Positions 17,561 to 26,893 of a stretch of DNA of 32,000 bases are shown piece after piece (within the stretch, counting starts at the first letter, position 1; each line of letters starts with the position of its first letter). Location: the NCBI RefSeq assembly GCF_000014265.1, contig NC_008312.1, positions 330,001 to 362,000 of the forward strand, in the 5' to 3' direction. The notes beneath the pieces are model-generated. The model was given only the letters and a program-made list of their open reading frames with translations, was not told the DNA's origin and did no database searches. The DNA is from Trichodesmium erythraeum IMS101. Lineage in GTDB: Bacteria; Cyanobacteriota; Cyanobacteriia; Cyanobacteriales; Microcoleaceae. The position numbers and the translations under genes were made by a program.

Positions 17561-20287
17561 CTACCCAACATCTAACTGTTGACGATTCAAATAATAATAA
17601 TGTCCCCGTTTCGCCATCAACTCTTCATGATTTCCCTGCTCAATTAATACCCCCCGATCCAACACTAAAATTAGATCAGCATTTCTCACAGTAGATAAAC
17701 GGTGAGCAATAATTAACGAAGTGCGACCCTGGAGAATAGTATTCAAATTCCTCTGAATAATTCGCTCCGACTCAACATCCAGATGAGAAGTAGCCTCATC
17801 AAAAACCAAAAAACAGGGTTTTCCTAACAAAGCACGAGCGATCGCTAATCTTTGCCGTTGACCACCAGACAACAAACCCCCACCTTCCCCTATCTGAGTT
17901 TCATAACCCATCGGCAACCGTTGAATAAACTCATCAGCACCAGCTAACCTAGCAGCATCCACAATATCTTCAAGAGTTGCAGAAGGACAAGCCATAGTCA
18001 AATTTTCCCGAATAGTGCCACCAAATAAAAAAGTATCCTGATCAACCACACCCACTTTATTCCGCAGGGATGGCAACGAAATCGCCGTGATATCGTAACC
18101 ATCAATCAAAATTTTCCCATCAGTAGGCGGATACAACCCCAAAACCAACTTAGAAATTGTTGTCTTCCCAGACCCAGAGCGCCCCACCAAAGCCACAGTT
18201 TGTCCAGCTTTCACCTCAAAACTCAGATTTTCCAAAACATTAATATCGCTTTCTGGGTGGTAACGGAAAGTCACATTATCAAAAATAATATTACCCCGTA
18301 GCTCCGTCAAATACTGACGTGCCTGAGATTGTAAATCTTCCTCAGGCTCAGTATCAATCACATCATTAATACGCTCCATGGCAATAACCACCTCCTGTAA
18401 CTGATTCCACAAAACCGTCAGTCGCTGAAAAGGGCTAATCACATTACCTATCAACATATTAAAAGCCACCAACTGCCCAATAGTTAACTCTCCCTGAATA
18501 ACCAACCAAGCTCCAAACCATAGTAACCCCGTCGTTACTAAAGATTCAATAGTTAAGCTAAACATTTGCAGTCGGTTACCCATCACCTGTCCAGAAAAGT
18601 TTTTTCTGATTGACTTATTCAGAAGTTCCTCCCACCGCCAGCGTACTGTTTGCTCAACTGCCAGAGATTTCACAGTATTTACACCAGTCAAAGATTGAAT
18701 CAGATAACTACTTTCTTCAGCTAGAGCGGCAAATATTTCTCTAGAGATTTTTTGGAGAAAGGGTGTAGCAATAAGTGCTAATAAAAAAAACGGTGGCACA
18801 ATAACCAATGCTAGCAAAGCCATCTTCCAGCTATACCAGAACATTAGCCCTACATAAACAAATACCGTCAGCAAATCTAAGACAATAGAAAGAGCTTCTC
18901 CAGTTAAGAAATTCTCAATTTTCCGGTTTTCTTGAACCCGAGCAATAATATCCCCCACATAACGAGACTCAAAAAAACTCATGGGTAGTCGGAATGTGTG
19001 GCGAATAAACCCAACGATCATGGCTATATGTACTCTATTAGCCGTGTGATCAAGGAGATATTGTCGCAAACCCGTCATAGCCACCTGAAATAAGCCAAAG
19101 AGCACTAAACCTAATCCCACTGCTGTTAGAGTTAGAGTGCTACCTTGAACAACTACCCGGTCTAGTAGTAGTTGGGTAAATAGAGGGGTAATAAGTCCAA
19201 ATATTTGAATTACTAGAGAAGTGATAAATACTTCCAATAGAACTTGTCCATGAGGACTGACCAACTCAAAAAATTGCCAGAAAGGAGTAGTGGTATCTTT
19301 AAGTTTTTTGATTAATGCAGTAGGTTGTAGGAGTAAAGTATAGCCAGTCCAACCAGCTTTAAATTCTGGATAAGTAAGATGGCGTTGACCAATAGCGGGG
19401 TCAGCGATGATCACCTGTTTATGGGTGACCTCATAGACTACCACATAATGTTTACCTTCCCAGTGAGCGATCGCTGGTAATTTTTGTTTAGCTAATTGAT
19501 CAAGACTTGCCTTAACTGGTCTGGTAGAATATCCAATGCTTTCTGCAGCAGCAGATAATCCTCGAAGTGAAGCACCGTTACGGTCTACATTAGCAATATC
19601 GCGCACCCTATTCACGCTGAAATTTTTGCCCCAGTAACGAGCAACCATGACTAAACAAGCCGCACCACAGTCAGAACCGCTTTGTTGGGCAAAGAATGGA
19701 TAGCGTCTGGTAATACGCTGCCAGAGATGACCTACTCTTTGGGTGGGACTAGGGAAATAGGCTTTGTTAATAGCTTTTTGTCCTATAACCTCTGGTTGCT
19801 CATATTCAGTCCTGTTAAATTCTGGCAGATTTTTACCCAAAGAATTGGGAATTTCTGGCTCCGCTTTTTTCTGTAGAGCATTAAGTTTGAGAGCAACTTG
19901 GTAAAGATGTTCTCGAATTTGAGGATGTTTTTTAATTAGTGGGAGTAGAGCTTCTCGAGAGAGATAGGAAAGTTTGAGATTTACTGATGCTCTAGCAGAG
20001 TAGGATAAAAAAGAGTTATCTGGAAATAGGGTAGATTCCCCAAATGAAGCTCCAGCAACAAGGGTAGTCATTAATTCACCCTCAGTATCTAAGAGTCTAA
20101 CTTTGCCTTTGGTGATTATATATATGCCGGTTTGAGCATCTGCTGTTTGCCAAAATTGACCGACTTTGGGCGTTAAATTTTCCATATTTTTCAAGCAACT
20201 TTCTATTTCCTGCTGTGAAAGTTGATATCCTAAGACATCACTAAGCTGCTCTTGAGTTAAACTTGGAGTGGATGCAGTTTTAACCAT
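17561..20287 (-). CDS. cyclic-nucleotide-binding domain / C39 peptidase / ABC transporter (bacteriocin-type, HetC-like exporter)
   Basis: 908-aa ORF.
- cNMP-binding signatures: FGESTLF and SARASV.
- C39 catalytic Cys context QQSGSDCGAACLVMV, and His in AIAHWEGKHYVVVYEV.
- TMD.
- Walker A GRSGSGKTT, signature LSGGQRQRLAIARAL, Walker B LVFDEATSHLD. Confidence 0.92.
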   Translation of the reverse strand: MVKTASTPSLTQEQLSDVLGYQLSQQEIESCLKNMENLTPKVGQFWQTADAQTGIYIITKGKVRLLDTEGELMTTLVAGASFGESTLFPDNSFLSYSARASVNLKLSYLSREALLPLIKKHPQIREHLYQVALKLNALQKKAEPEIPNSLGKNLPEFNRTEYEQPEVIGQKAINKAYFPSPTQRVGHLWQRITRRYPFFAQQSGSDCGAACLVMVARYWGKNFSVNRVRDIANVDRNGASLRGLSAAAESIGYSTRPVKASLDQLAKQKLPAIAHWEGKHYVVVYEVTHKQVIIADPAIGQRHLTYPEFKAGWTGYTLLLQPTALIKKLKDTTTPFWQFFELVSPHGQVLLEVFITSLVIQIFGLITPLFTQLLLDRVVVQGSTLTLTAVGLGLVLFGLFQVAMTGLRQYLLDHTANRVHIAMIVGFIRHTFRLPMSFFESRYVGDIIARVQENRKIENFLTGEALSIVLDLLTVFVYVGLMFWYSWKMALLALVIVPPFFLLALIATPFLQKISREIFAALAEESSYLIQSLTGVNTVKSLAVEQTVRWRWEELLNKSIRKNFSGQVMGNRLQMFSLTIESLVTTGLLWFGAWLVIQGELTIGQLVAFNMLIGNVISPFQRLTVLWNQLQEVVIAMERINDVIDTEPEEDLQSQARQYLTELRGNIIFDNVTFRYHPESDINVLENLSFEVKAGQTVALVGRSGSGKTTISKLVLGLYPPTDGKILIDGYDITAISLPSLRNKVGVVDQDTFLFGGTIRENLTMACPSATLEDIVDAARLAGADEFIQRLPMGYETQIGEGGGLLSGGQRQRLAIARALLGKPCFLVFDEATSHLDVESERIIQRNLNTILQGRTSLIIAHRLSTVRNADLILVLDRGVLIEQGNHEELMAKRGHYYYLNRQQLDVG

Positions 20288-20400
20288 AACTCAAAATTTT
20301 AGTTATTAAATATTTATTTTGATTAAATTGGAGTTGAAAATTAAGATCATGCTGCTTTGTTGTCAAAAAGCCTCAGGGAAAAAAGCGTTTGATTCTTATT

Positions 20401-21063
20401 TTAAATAACTAAAGTGTTGAAAGTTAACGTTTCCAAATCAGAGTTAACATTTTGCTCTGAGGTCAGGTCGCGAATTGCAATGTTTTTTCTCTTGGCATTT
20501 TGACTAATAGTTTCATCAGTTTGAGCTGATAATGTTTTAGTAGATAATCCCATCTTTTTGATTAAACGGTTAATATGGCGATCGCTAAATTCTACCCCAA
20601 ATTCTTTAGCTAAATGTTTCCCTAAGCAATTAGCAGTCCACCGCTCAAATGCATAACCACATTTCTTAGGACTATTAGTTAATAACTCTTTCAACCGCTC
20701 TAAATATTGTTCATTAACTTCTTGAGGACGACCTATAGGGTGATTCTTCCATTGTTGAGCTTGACCAGACTGAGCAATAAATATCCAGTATCTAGCTGTA
20801 GCTAGAGAACAACCTATAGCCTCACGGATCTGGGTCTGGGTTTTGCCTTCATCTGCTAGAAGCATGATTTCTATTCTCTGGCGATATTGCCTGGTCAACT
20901 TCTTATCTAGACTTTTTTCTAACAATTTACGCTGAAAAGACGTCAAGCAGCTGCCGTGTAAACTTGACTCATTCATTGTGATTTTGGATTTTGAGTGATT
21001 GTATAACATAGGTTTATAATTATTTTTTGACACTCCAGTTTTTCTCACAGAGATATTTCTCAA
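20401..21063 (-). CDS. stand-alone HTH protein resembling the N-terminal DNA-binding half of IS630-type transposases (possible locus regulator); start codon uncertain
   Basis: 220-aa ORF. It reads LLADEGKTQTQIREAIGCSLATARYWI ... GRPQEVNEQYLERLKELL ... YAFERWTANCLGKHLAKEFGVEFSDRHINRLIKKMGLS, a homeodomain-like plus winged-helix pattern. No DDE half follows; the ABC gene starts 113 nt downstream. An alternative start MNESS lies at about 20976. Confidence 0.6.
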   Translation of the reverse strand: MRNISVRKTGVSKNNYKPMLYNHSKSKITMNESSLHGSCLTSFQRKLLEKSLDKKLTRQYRQRIEIMLLADEGKTQTQIREAIGCSLATARYWIFIAQSGQAQQWKNHPIGRPQEVNEQYLERLKELLTNSPKKCGYAFERWTANCLGKHLAKEFGVEFSDRHINRLIKKMGLSTKTLSAQTDETISQNAKRKNIAIRDLTSEQNVNSDLETLTFNTLVI

Positions 21064-21108
21064 CGAAATTTATAATCTCAAAAACCCAGTGGTGCAAAGC
21101 GCAAAGTG

Positions 21109-21455
21109 TGGGTTCAATAACTAGATTATTCCATTCCCAAACGGCAAGAGCTAACCAGGCCTTTTGTACCGCAGTATTTTTCTTTACGAATGTGGATCCA
21201 GAAATCCAATTGAAGTAACTGACAACAAACTGAGGTAACCGTAAGGTTTGTAGTCATATTTTCCCAAACTTATTCTGTCGCCGGTGCCCAAGATCTTTTT
21301 GCTGTCTAACAATTCCATTGGTTCTCTCTAGTTGCTCGGTTTAGTTTTTACCTGGATACCTGAGTTTTGTGATGGCCACACAGAAGACATTCTATAAGAA
21401 TTAAAAGTATGGAGGAACAATAGTTACATTACTATTCCCACACTTTATTGACGCA
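21109..21455 (-). mobile_element. decayed IS-like/MITE-like element, copy 3 of 3, short form
   Basis: The reverse complement starts CAATAAAGTGTGGGAATAGTAATGTAACTATTGTTCC...TCTGTGTGGCCATCACAAAAC, homologous to 8427-8510. It ends ..AAAATACTGCGGTACAAAAGG. AAAGTGTGGG at 21109 and its complement at about 21436-21445 form terminal inverted repeats. Confidence 0.4.
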
Positions 21456-22377
21456 TAACCTTCTTGAAGCTATAATACTTATTGTTAAATCACAAACTTT
21501 AGGCATAATTTTGTCCTTGCTAGTTGAATTGTATTATTTTCTGAAATTAGTCACTATCTTCAGAACAAATAATTAACAATAGACTTGTTGAGAACTAAAC
21601 TAAAAAAAGTAGCTAAGATCCTTATTATTAAAGGGTAAAGTCTTTTTAAAGCTTAAAAAGCTGAAAGGTTTATATATTAAGTTTTTGAGTAGTTTCAGTT
21701 TTCCTTTCCCAACGAATTTAATTATAAATCAGCTTTTTTTGAATAGATCAAAAGTGAAATAAAGTCTCTCCTCTAGCATAAAGTGAGGGAAAAGGTGAAA
21801 ATATAATTCACCTTTTTACTATTAAGCTAAATCTTTCTCAAACAATAATTTGGCATTTAGTGTGAAGGGCAGCCATCGCTTTTCTGGTACTTTAATTCTC
21901 CTCATATTGAGACTTACACAAAAAAAGCAGTAAAAAATACGCCCAAATATAGACAACGGAAAGTTTGAACTGTAAAAAAGTACTAATCCTTAACAAGCAA
22001 GGGTTTTAGCTATTTTTATGGTACATACTGTGATTTCCTTATCTAAATTAACATTCAAGGGGTTTTTCTGTGGTGAAAATACCTAAGTACAATAGGGACC
22101 TAAATGCTGCATGTAGAATCATGACTTCTTAAAAAATAGCTCCAACTTCTTTTACTTTAGCACAGGCACCTTCTACCTCCTGCCTTAAAAGGCCATTATT
22201 TTGATTCTTGAGATAGAATTGCTATAATAATACCTTGAAATATTATAATCATTTAATTTGAACATATGCACCTAAAGAAGAAACCGGATTTATGAGGATC
22301 GATTATTGTCTTTATCAAAAACTATGAACATTAAGAATAGGTAGAAAATATGTGCTAAACTGGCAAATAAAAAAGTT

Positions 22378-23694
22378 ATGAATAAAGAAATATTTGAATA
22401 TATTTATTCCTCTCAATTAACAAAGAATGACGAAAAAACACTAAAGTTATTATTTGCTAATAAGCAACGTAAAGAAATTGCTAAAGCCCTCAAGTGTGTA
22501 GAGACAAATGTTAGTCACAAATTCAAAGCGATCGCTAAAAAATTCAACTATTTAGAATCTAATCAGAATTGTAAAGCAACAGAATACTTAGTTAAGATAT
22601 TTAGCCAATATAAACCTGATATGGTTGATCAACAACTAATTAAATCTTATGCTTCTTATCCAATTTTAATGCCAGATAAACCTGAAGAACCAGACTCCCC
22701 TTTTTATATAGAACGTCATCAGATTCCACGTCGTTCTGTTGAATCTCAATGCTACGAGACTATAGAAAGACCAGGTTCTTTAATCAGAATAAAAGCACCC
22801 AAAAAAATGGGTAAAACTTCTCTGATCAATCAGATACAAGCCAAAGCAAATGACAATAATTATATTTCTCAGTATCTGAGATTCGATCTTTTGATTGAGC
22901 CCCCAAATATCAGTAGTGTTAATAATTTTATTAAAGCATTTAATAAAATCATCAAAAGTCGGTTCCCAGATGTTTCAAAAGGCTCTAATTGGGATAATAA
23001 TAATGCTAAAATTTCTTGTACTAAAGATTTAAAATCACTATTGCTGAATTTACAGAAAAACTTAGTTTTAATATTAGATGAAGTGGATGAAATTTTCCAA
23101 TATCCAGAAATAACTAAAGATTTTTGTGGGATGTTAAGACATTGGTATGAAGAAAGTAATAATGTCAAAATTTGGAAAAATTTACGAATAGTAATTGCTT
23201 ATTCTACAGAATATCATGGCAAATTAGATATTTATCAATCTCCTTTTAATGTAGGCAGCTCAATAGAATTAAAGGAGTTTACAAAAGAAGAAGTAACTCG
23301 ATTAATATTCTTATACCAACTTGACCCCAAAATAGTGACTGATTTAATGTCTATGGTAGGAGGGCATCCTTATTTAATTAGGTTAGCTTTATATAGAATG
23401 TCTCAGGAAGAATTGACAATTGAAAAATTCTTAAAAGAAGCCCCCACTGATAGTGGAATTTATCGAGACCATTTCAGCAGACATTTAGAAACTATAGACA
23501 AAAGGTCAAAAATTAAAACAGTTTTTCAAGAAATATTAAAAGCTAATGAACCAGTCAGTTTTTCTGATAAAAATAGAGAGGTACGTCAGCTAGAAGCTAT
23601 GGGATTAATTAAAATTGAAGGTAATAAGGCTAAAACTGGTTGTCAGTTATATCAAAAATATTTTGGAGAGTTTTTATTAGGCATTAGGTTTTAG
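22378..23694 (+). CDS. LuxR/sigma70-region-4-like HTH fused to an AAA-like (AAA_35-type) NTPase domain
   Basis: 438-aa ORF.
- N-terminal LTKNDEKTLKLLFANKQRKEIAKALKCVETNVSHKFKAIAKKF resembles a LuxR-type HTH.
- Walker A APKKMGKTS and Walker B LVLILDEVDE.
- SPFNVGSSIELKEFTKEEV and GGHPYLIRLAL are typical of cyanobacterial AAA-like domain proteins. Confidence 0.65.
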   Translation: MNKEIFEYIYSSQLTKNDEKTLKLLFANKQRKEIAKALKCVETNVSHKFKAIAKKFNYLESNQNCKATEYLVKIFSQYKPDMVDQQLIKSYASYPILMPDKPEEPDSPFYIERHQIPRRSVESQCYETIERPGSLIRIKAPKKMGKTSLINQIQAKANDNNYISQYLRFDLLIEPPNISSVNNFIKAFNKIIKSRFPDVSKGSNWDNNNAKISCTKDLKSLLLNLQKNLVLILDEVDEIFQYPEITKDFCGMLRHWYEESNNVKIWKNLRIVIAYSTEYHGKLDIYQSPFNVGSSIELKEFTKEEVTRLIFLYQLDPKIVTDLMSMVGGHPYLIRLALYRMSQEELTIEKFLKEAPTDSGIYRDHFSRHLETIDKRSKIKTVFQEILKANEPVSFSDKNREVRQLEAMGLIKIEGNKAKTGCQLYQKYFGEFLLGIRF

Positions 23695-23935
23695 GTTTTA
23701 GGTATTAAGCGTTAGATTTAAAAATTAACAAACTTTACTCTTTTTTATTTTGACTGAATTTGTTCCATTAAACCATGTAGAATAATGCAAATTTATTGAC
23801 ATTTATTTAATAGGTTTTAGGTATTATTTATTAGGCGTTATATTTAAAAATCAACAAACGTAACTATTTTTTATTTTGACTGATTTGTTCCATTTAACGA
23901 TGTAGAATTATGCCAAATTATTCAAAGTTTTTTTA
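23693..23935. repeat. two units of about 120 bp in tandem, plus a partial third (about 23940-23985), in the intergenic region
   Basis: Both units start TAGGTTTTAGGTATTA and share ..TATTTAAAAATCAACAAAC..TTTTTTATTTTGACTGA.TTTGTTCCATT.AAC.ATGTAGAAT.ATGC. Read by eye. Confidence 0.75.
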
Positions 23936-24085
23936 AGACGACTTTGATTTAAGGTATCAGATTTAAAGTTAACAAATTGATAATGTATTCTTACTACCAA
24001 AATCATCATTTTGGTCTGTCGTTTTAATAATTCTTGAATTCCATAAGACCCCGTCCTTAAGAAGGGAGCTAAAATTATTTCTGTT

Positions 24086-24117
24086 AACCTGAAACCTGAA
24101 ACCTGAAACCTGAAACC
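24086..24117. repeat. heptanucleotide tandem repeat (AACCTGA)x4.5, STRR-like
   Basis: AACCTGAAACCTGAAACCTGAAACCTGAAACC lies about 130 nt upstream of the ATG at 24244. A related inverted heptamer, AGGTTTTAGGTTTTAGGTATT, sits at 23686-23706 over the stop of the upstream gene. Confidence 0.85.
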
Positions 24118-24243
24118 AACTAAAACTTAACATCTGAATTAGTGCTAATGGTTAGATATTAACCCTTCAACTCCCAAGGAACTTCAGATCAGTAAAACCT
24201 TGCTGGGAGGCGAGGACATCAAATATTTATTAATGAAATTATT

Positions 24244-26607
24244 ATGTATCATGATACTGGAGGAAGCTTATCAGCAGACGACCCGACTTATGTAGAAAGG
24301 AAACAAGATAGAGAACTATTGGAAAAACTCCTAAAAGGAGAATATTGTTATGTGTTTAATGCTCGTCAAATGGGTAAGTCTAGTTTGCGGGTAAAAGTTA
24401 TAGATAGATTAACACATCAATTAAGTTCCCAAGGTTGCCAATGCATCTCAATTGATATGAGTATGTTGTCTGATTTTTCGATACCAAAAGAATCTTGGTA
24501 TGATGGTTTTTTAATTGAGCTATTAGATAGATGTGACTTAGAAAATAGTAGCAATTATCAAGACTGGATAGCTACTCATCGAAACTTAAAAATTAATAAT
24601 CCTCAGCGTTGCAAACTGTTTATTGAAGAAATTTTATTTATTAATTTTCCTACTCAGAAAATATATATTTTTCTTGATGAAATTGATACATTGGGAAAAT
24701 CTTATTTTAAACAAGAATTTTTAGGTTTTATTCGGTCTTGTTATAATCGCCGTGCTGAGGATAAAAATTCTGATTATCATCGATTAGTTTTTGTTTTTTT
24801 TGGTGCAGTTACTCCAGGAGATTTAATTCGAGATATAAGACAGACTCCTTTTAATATTGGCTATGGAATTGAGTTAACTGAATTAAGTTTTTTAGAAACC
24901 AAGAAAAAATTAATTCAGGGATTAGAAGAATTTGTAGAAAAGCCAGATATTGTGTTAAAAAAAGTTTTTGATTGGACTGGAGGCCAACCTTTTTTAACTC
25001 AAAAAAGTTGTCAAATTATTGTTGATTATGCTGATACTACTCAAGTAGATGTTGATAGTTTGCTAGAAAAAAATATTGTCAAAGATTGGGAAGATAAAGA
25101 TAATCCTATTCATTTAAAACATATACGGGATTATTTACTTAGTGACATTGAATTACTGAGACTATATCAAAAGGTTCTTAAGAAGGGAGAAGTTAAATTT
25201 AATAATAGTAAAGTACAGATGTCTTTAAAGTTATCAGGTATAGTTCTAAAAAAACAAGATAAATTAGTTGTTTTTAATAAGATTTATCAGAAAGTTTTTA
25301 ATCCAGATTGGGTTGAGGAACAGTTAGCAAACTTAGAAAATAATCTGGATTTACCTAAACTTAAAAGATTAAGTTCAAGTTGGGTTATTGTTAGTTTAGT
25401 ATGGGTATTAGCCATTATTATGAGAGCTTTAGGTTGGCTCCAACCATTTGAGTTAAATGAGTTTGATCGCTTAATGCAATGGCGACCCAAAGAAAAACGA
25501 GACCCTAATATTTTAATTGTTGAAGCTACACAAACAGACATTAAAAAATATGGTAAAGGTGGGACTTTAAAAGATAAGATATTGGCTGATGTAATAAAAA
25601 AAATAAATACTTTACAACCGGCAATTATTGGTTTAGATTTGTGGCGGGAGAAAGCTTTAGGTTCTGAGGCTGATTATCAAAATTTATTGACTCTTTTGGA
25701 AAATAATCAGAAAATAATTGCTGTTTGTAGTACCAGTGAAAATAGCCCAAATAAATCTGGTACAAGACCTCCTGAAGGAGTGCCAAAAGAACGTTTAGGT
25801 TTTACTGATGTAGTTCTTGATAATGGTCAAGTTGACATTGTCCGTCGCCACTTAATGTTTATGGGTTTAGAAGAGAAAGATCCTTGTAAAACACAGTATT
25901 CATTGAGTACTATAGTGGCCTTAGATTTTTTGGAAATTAAAGGAGTTAAAGCCAAAAATATTTCCTCGGAGAGTATTAGAATTGGTAATGTTACTTTCAG
26001 GAAACTGAGAAAAGGAAATGGTATTTATGAAAAACTTGACGATGGTGGATTTCAAATTTTACTTAACTATAGAAATTCTCATCATATAGATAATAGAGTA
26101 GCTCAAAAAATTAGTATTTCGGAAGTTTTGGATGGGAACATTAATGATTCTTTAGTTAAGGATAAAATTGTCATTATTGGCATTACAGACCGTACTTCTG
26201 GTGACAAGTTTTATACTCCTTATAGTAATGTTCAGCCTCCTAATCAAAAGCAAATGCCTGGTGTTATTATACACGCACACAAGGTCAGTCAAATTATTAG
26301 TGCAGTTTTATATGGCAGACCTTTGATTATTTTTTGGAGTTGGTGGGTAGAATGGCTATGGATTTTTGCTTGGTCTTTTTTGAGTTATGTGATCGGACAT
26401 TTTTTTCGAGGTTTTTTATTTTTCTTATTTGTAGGAGGAAATATTATTGTTTTATATTCGGTTAGTTTGTTTTTTCTAGTTCAAGGTTTTGTAGTTCCAT
26501 TAGTACCATCTATTTTGGTCTTAATTGTGAATACTGTCATTATTTTCGTTGATGATTCTCACTTTTTTAAGACCAGGAAGCTCCCAGGACCGGTAGAAGA
26601 GGAATAG
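24244..26607 (+). CDS. AAA-like (AAA_35-type) NTPase fused to a membrane-anchored CHASE2 sensor domain
   Basis: 787-aa ORF.
- Walker A NARQMGKSS, Walker B IYIFLDEIDT, FNIGYGIELTELS and GGQPFLTQ are paralogous to 22378-23694.
- A TM segment at aa ~379-399 is followed by CHASE2-like LQPFELNEFDRLMQWRP, ILIVEATQTDI and PGVIIHAHKVSQII.
- Three C-terminal TM helices follow (aa ~695-770).
- No kinase, cyclase or protease output domain is present. Confidence 0.7.
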   Translation: MYHDTGGSLSADDPTYVERKQDRELLEKLLKGEYCYVFNARQMGKSSLRVKVIDRLTHQLSSQGCQCISIDMSMLSDFSIPKESWYDGFLIELLDRCDLENSSNYQDWIATHRNLKINNPQRCKLFIEEILFINFPTQKIYIFLDEIDTLGKSYFKQEFLGFIRSCYNRRAEDKNSDYHRLVFVFFGAVTPGDLIRDIRQTPFNIGYGIELTELSFLETKKKLIQGLEEFVEKPDIVLKKVFDWTGGQPFLTQKSCQIIVDYADTTQVDVDSLLEKNIVKDWEDKDNPIHLKHIRDYLLSDIELLRLYQKVLKKGEVKFNNSKVQMSLKLSGIVLKKQDKLVVFNKIYQKVFNPDWVEEQLANLENNLDLPKLKRLSSSWVIVSLVWVLAIIMRALGWLQPFELNEFDRLMQWRPKEKRDPNILIVEATQTDIKKYGKGGTLKDKILADVIKKINTLQPAIIGLDLWREKALGSEADYQNLLTLLENNQKIIAVCSTSENSPNKSGTRPPEGVPKERLGFTDVVLDNGQVDIVRRHLMFMGLEEKDPCKTQYSLSTIVALDFLEIKGVKAKNISSESIRIGNVTFRKLRKGNGIYEKLDDGGFQILLNYRNSHHIDNRVAQKISISEVLDGNINDSLVKDKIVIIGITDRTSGDKFYTPYSNVQPPNQKQMPGVIIHAHKVSQIISAVLYGRPLIIFWSWWVEWLWIFAWSFLSYVIGHFFRGFLFFLFVGGNIIVLYSVSLFFLVQGFVVPLVPSILVLIVNTVIIFVDDSHFFKTRKLPGPVEEE

Positions 26608-26893
26608 GGAGAAAGAAAAGAGTATAATAACTAAGTTCAAATACTTTAAGTCTTCAAAAAAATGTATTTAGAGAATACATTTTTTCTCCCACAAAAGCCT
26701 ATTAAATACTTATACATAATATGCTTATTTTGTCAAGCTTTATTTTCATAAAAAATATTTGTAAAGCATAGCTTGGAAAGAGGGAAGTTAGATGAAGACA
26801 TTTTATTTATCCAGGCCATTTTGGTAAATTAAATTCTTCCATCTATTGAACAAATTGGTATTACAAAAAGTTTTTTTTGAGGGATAAAATTCT

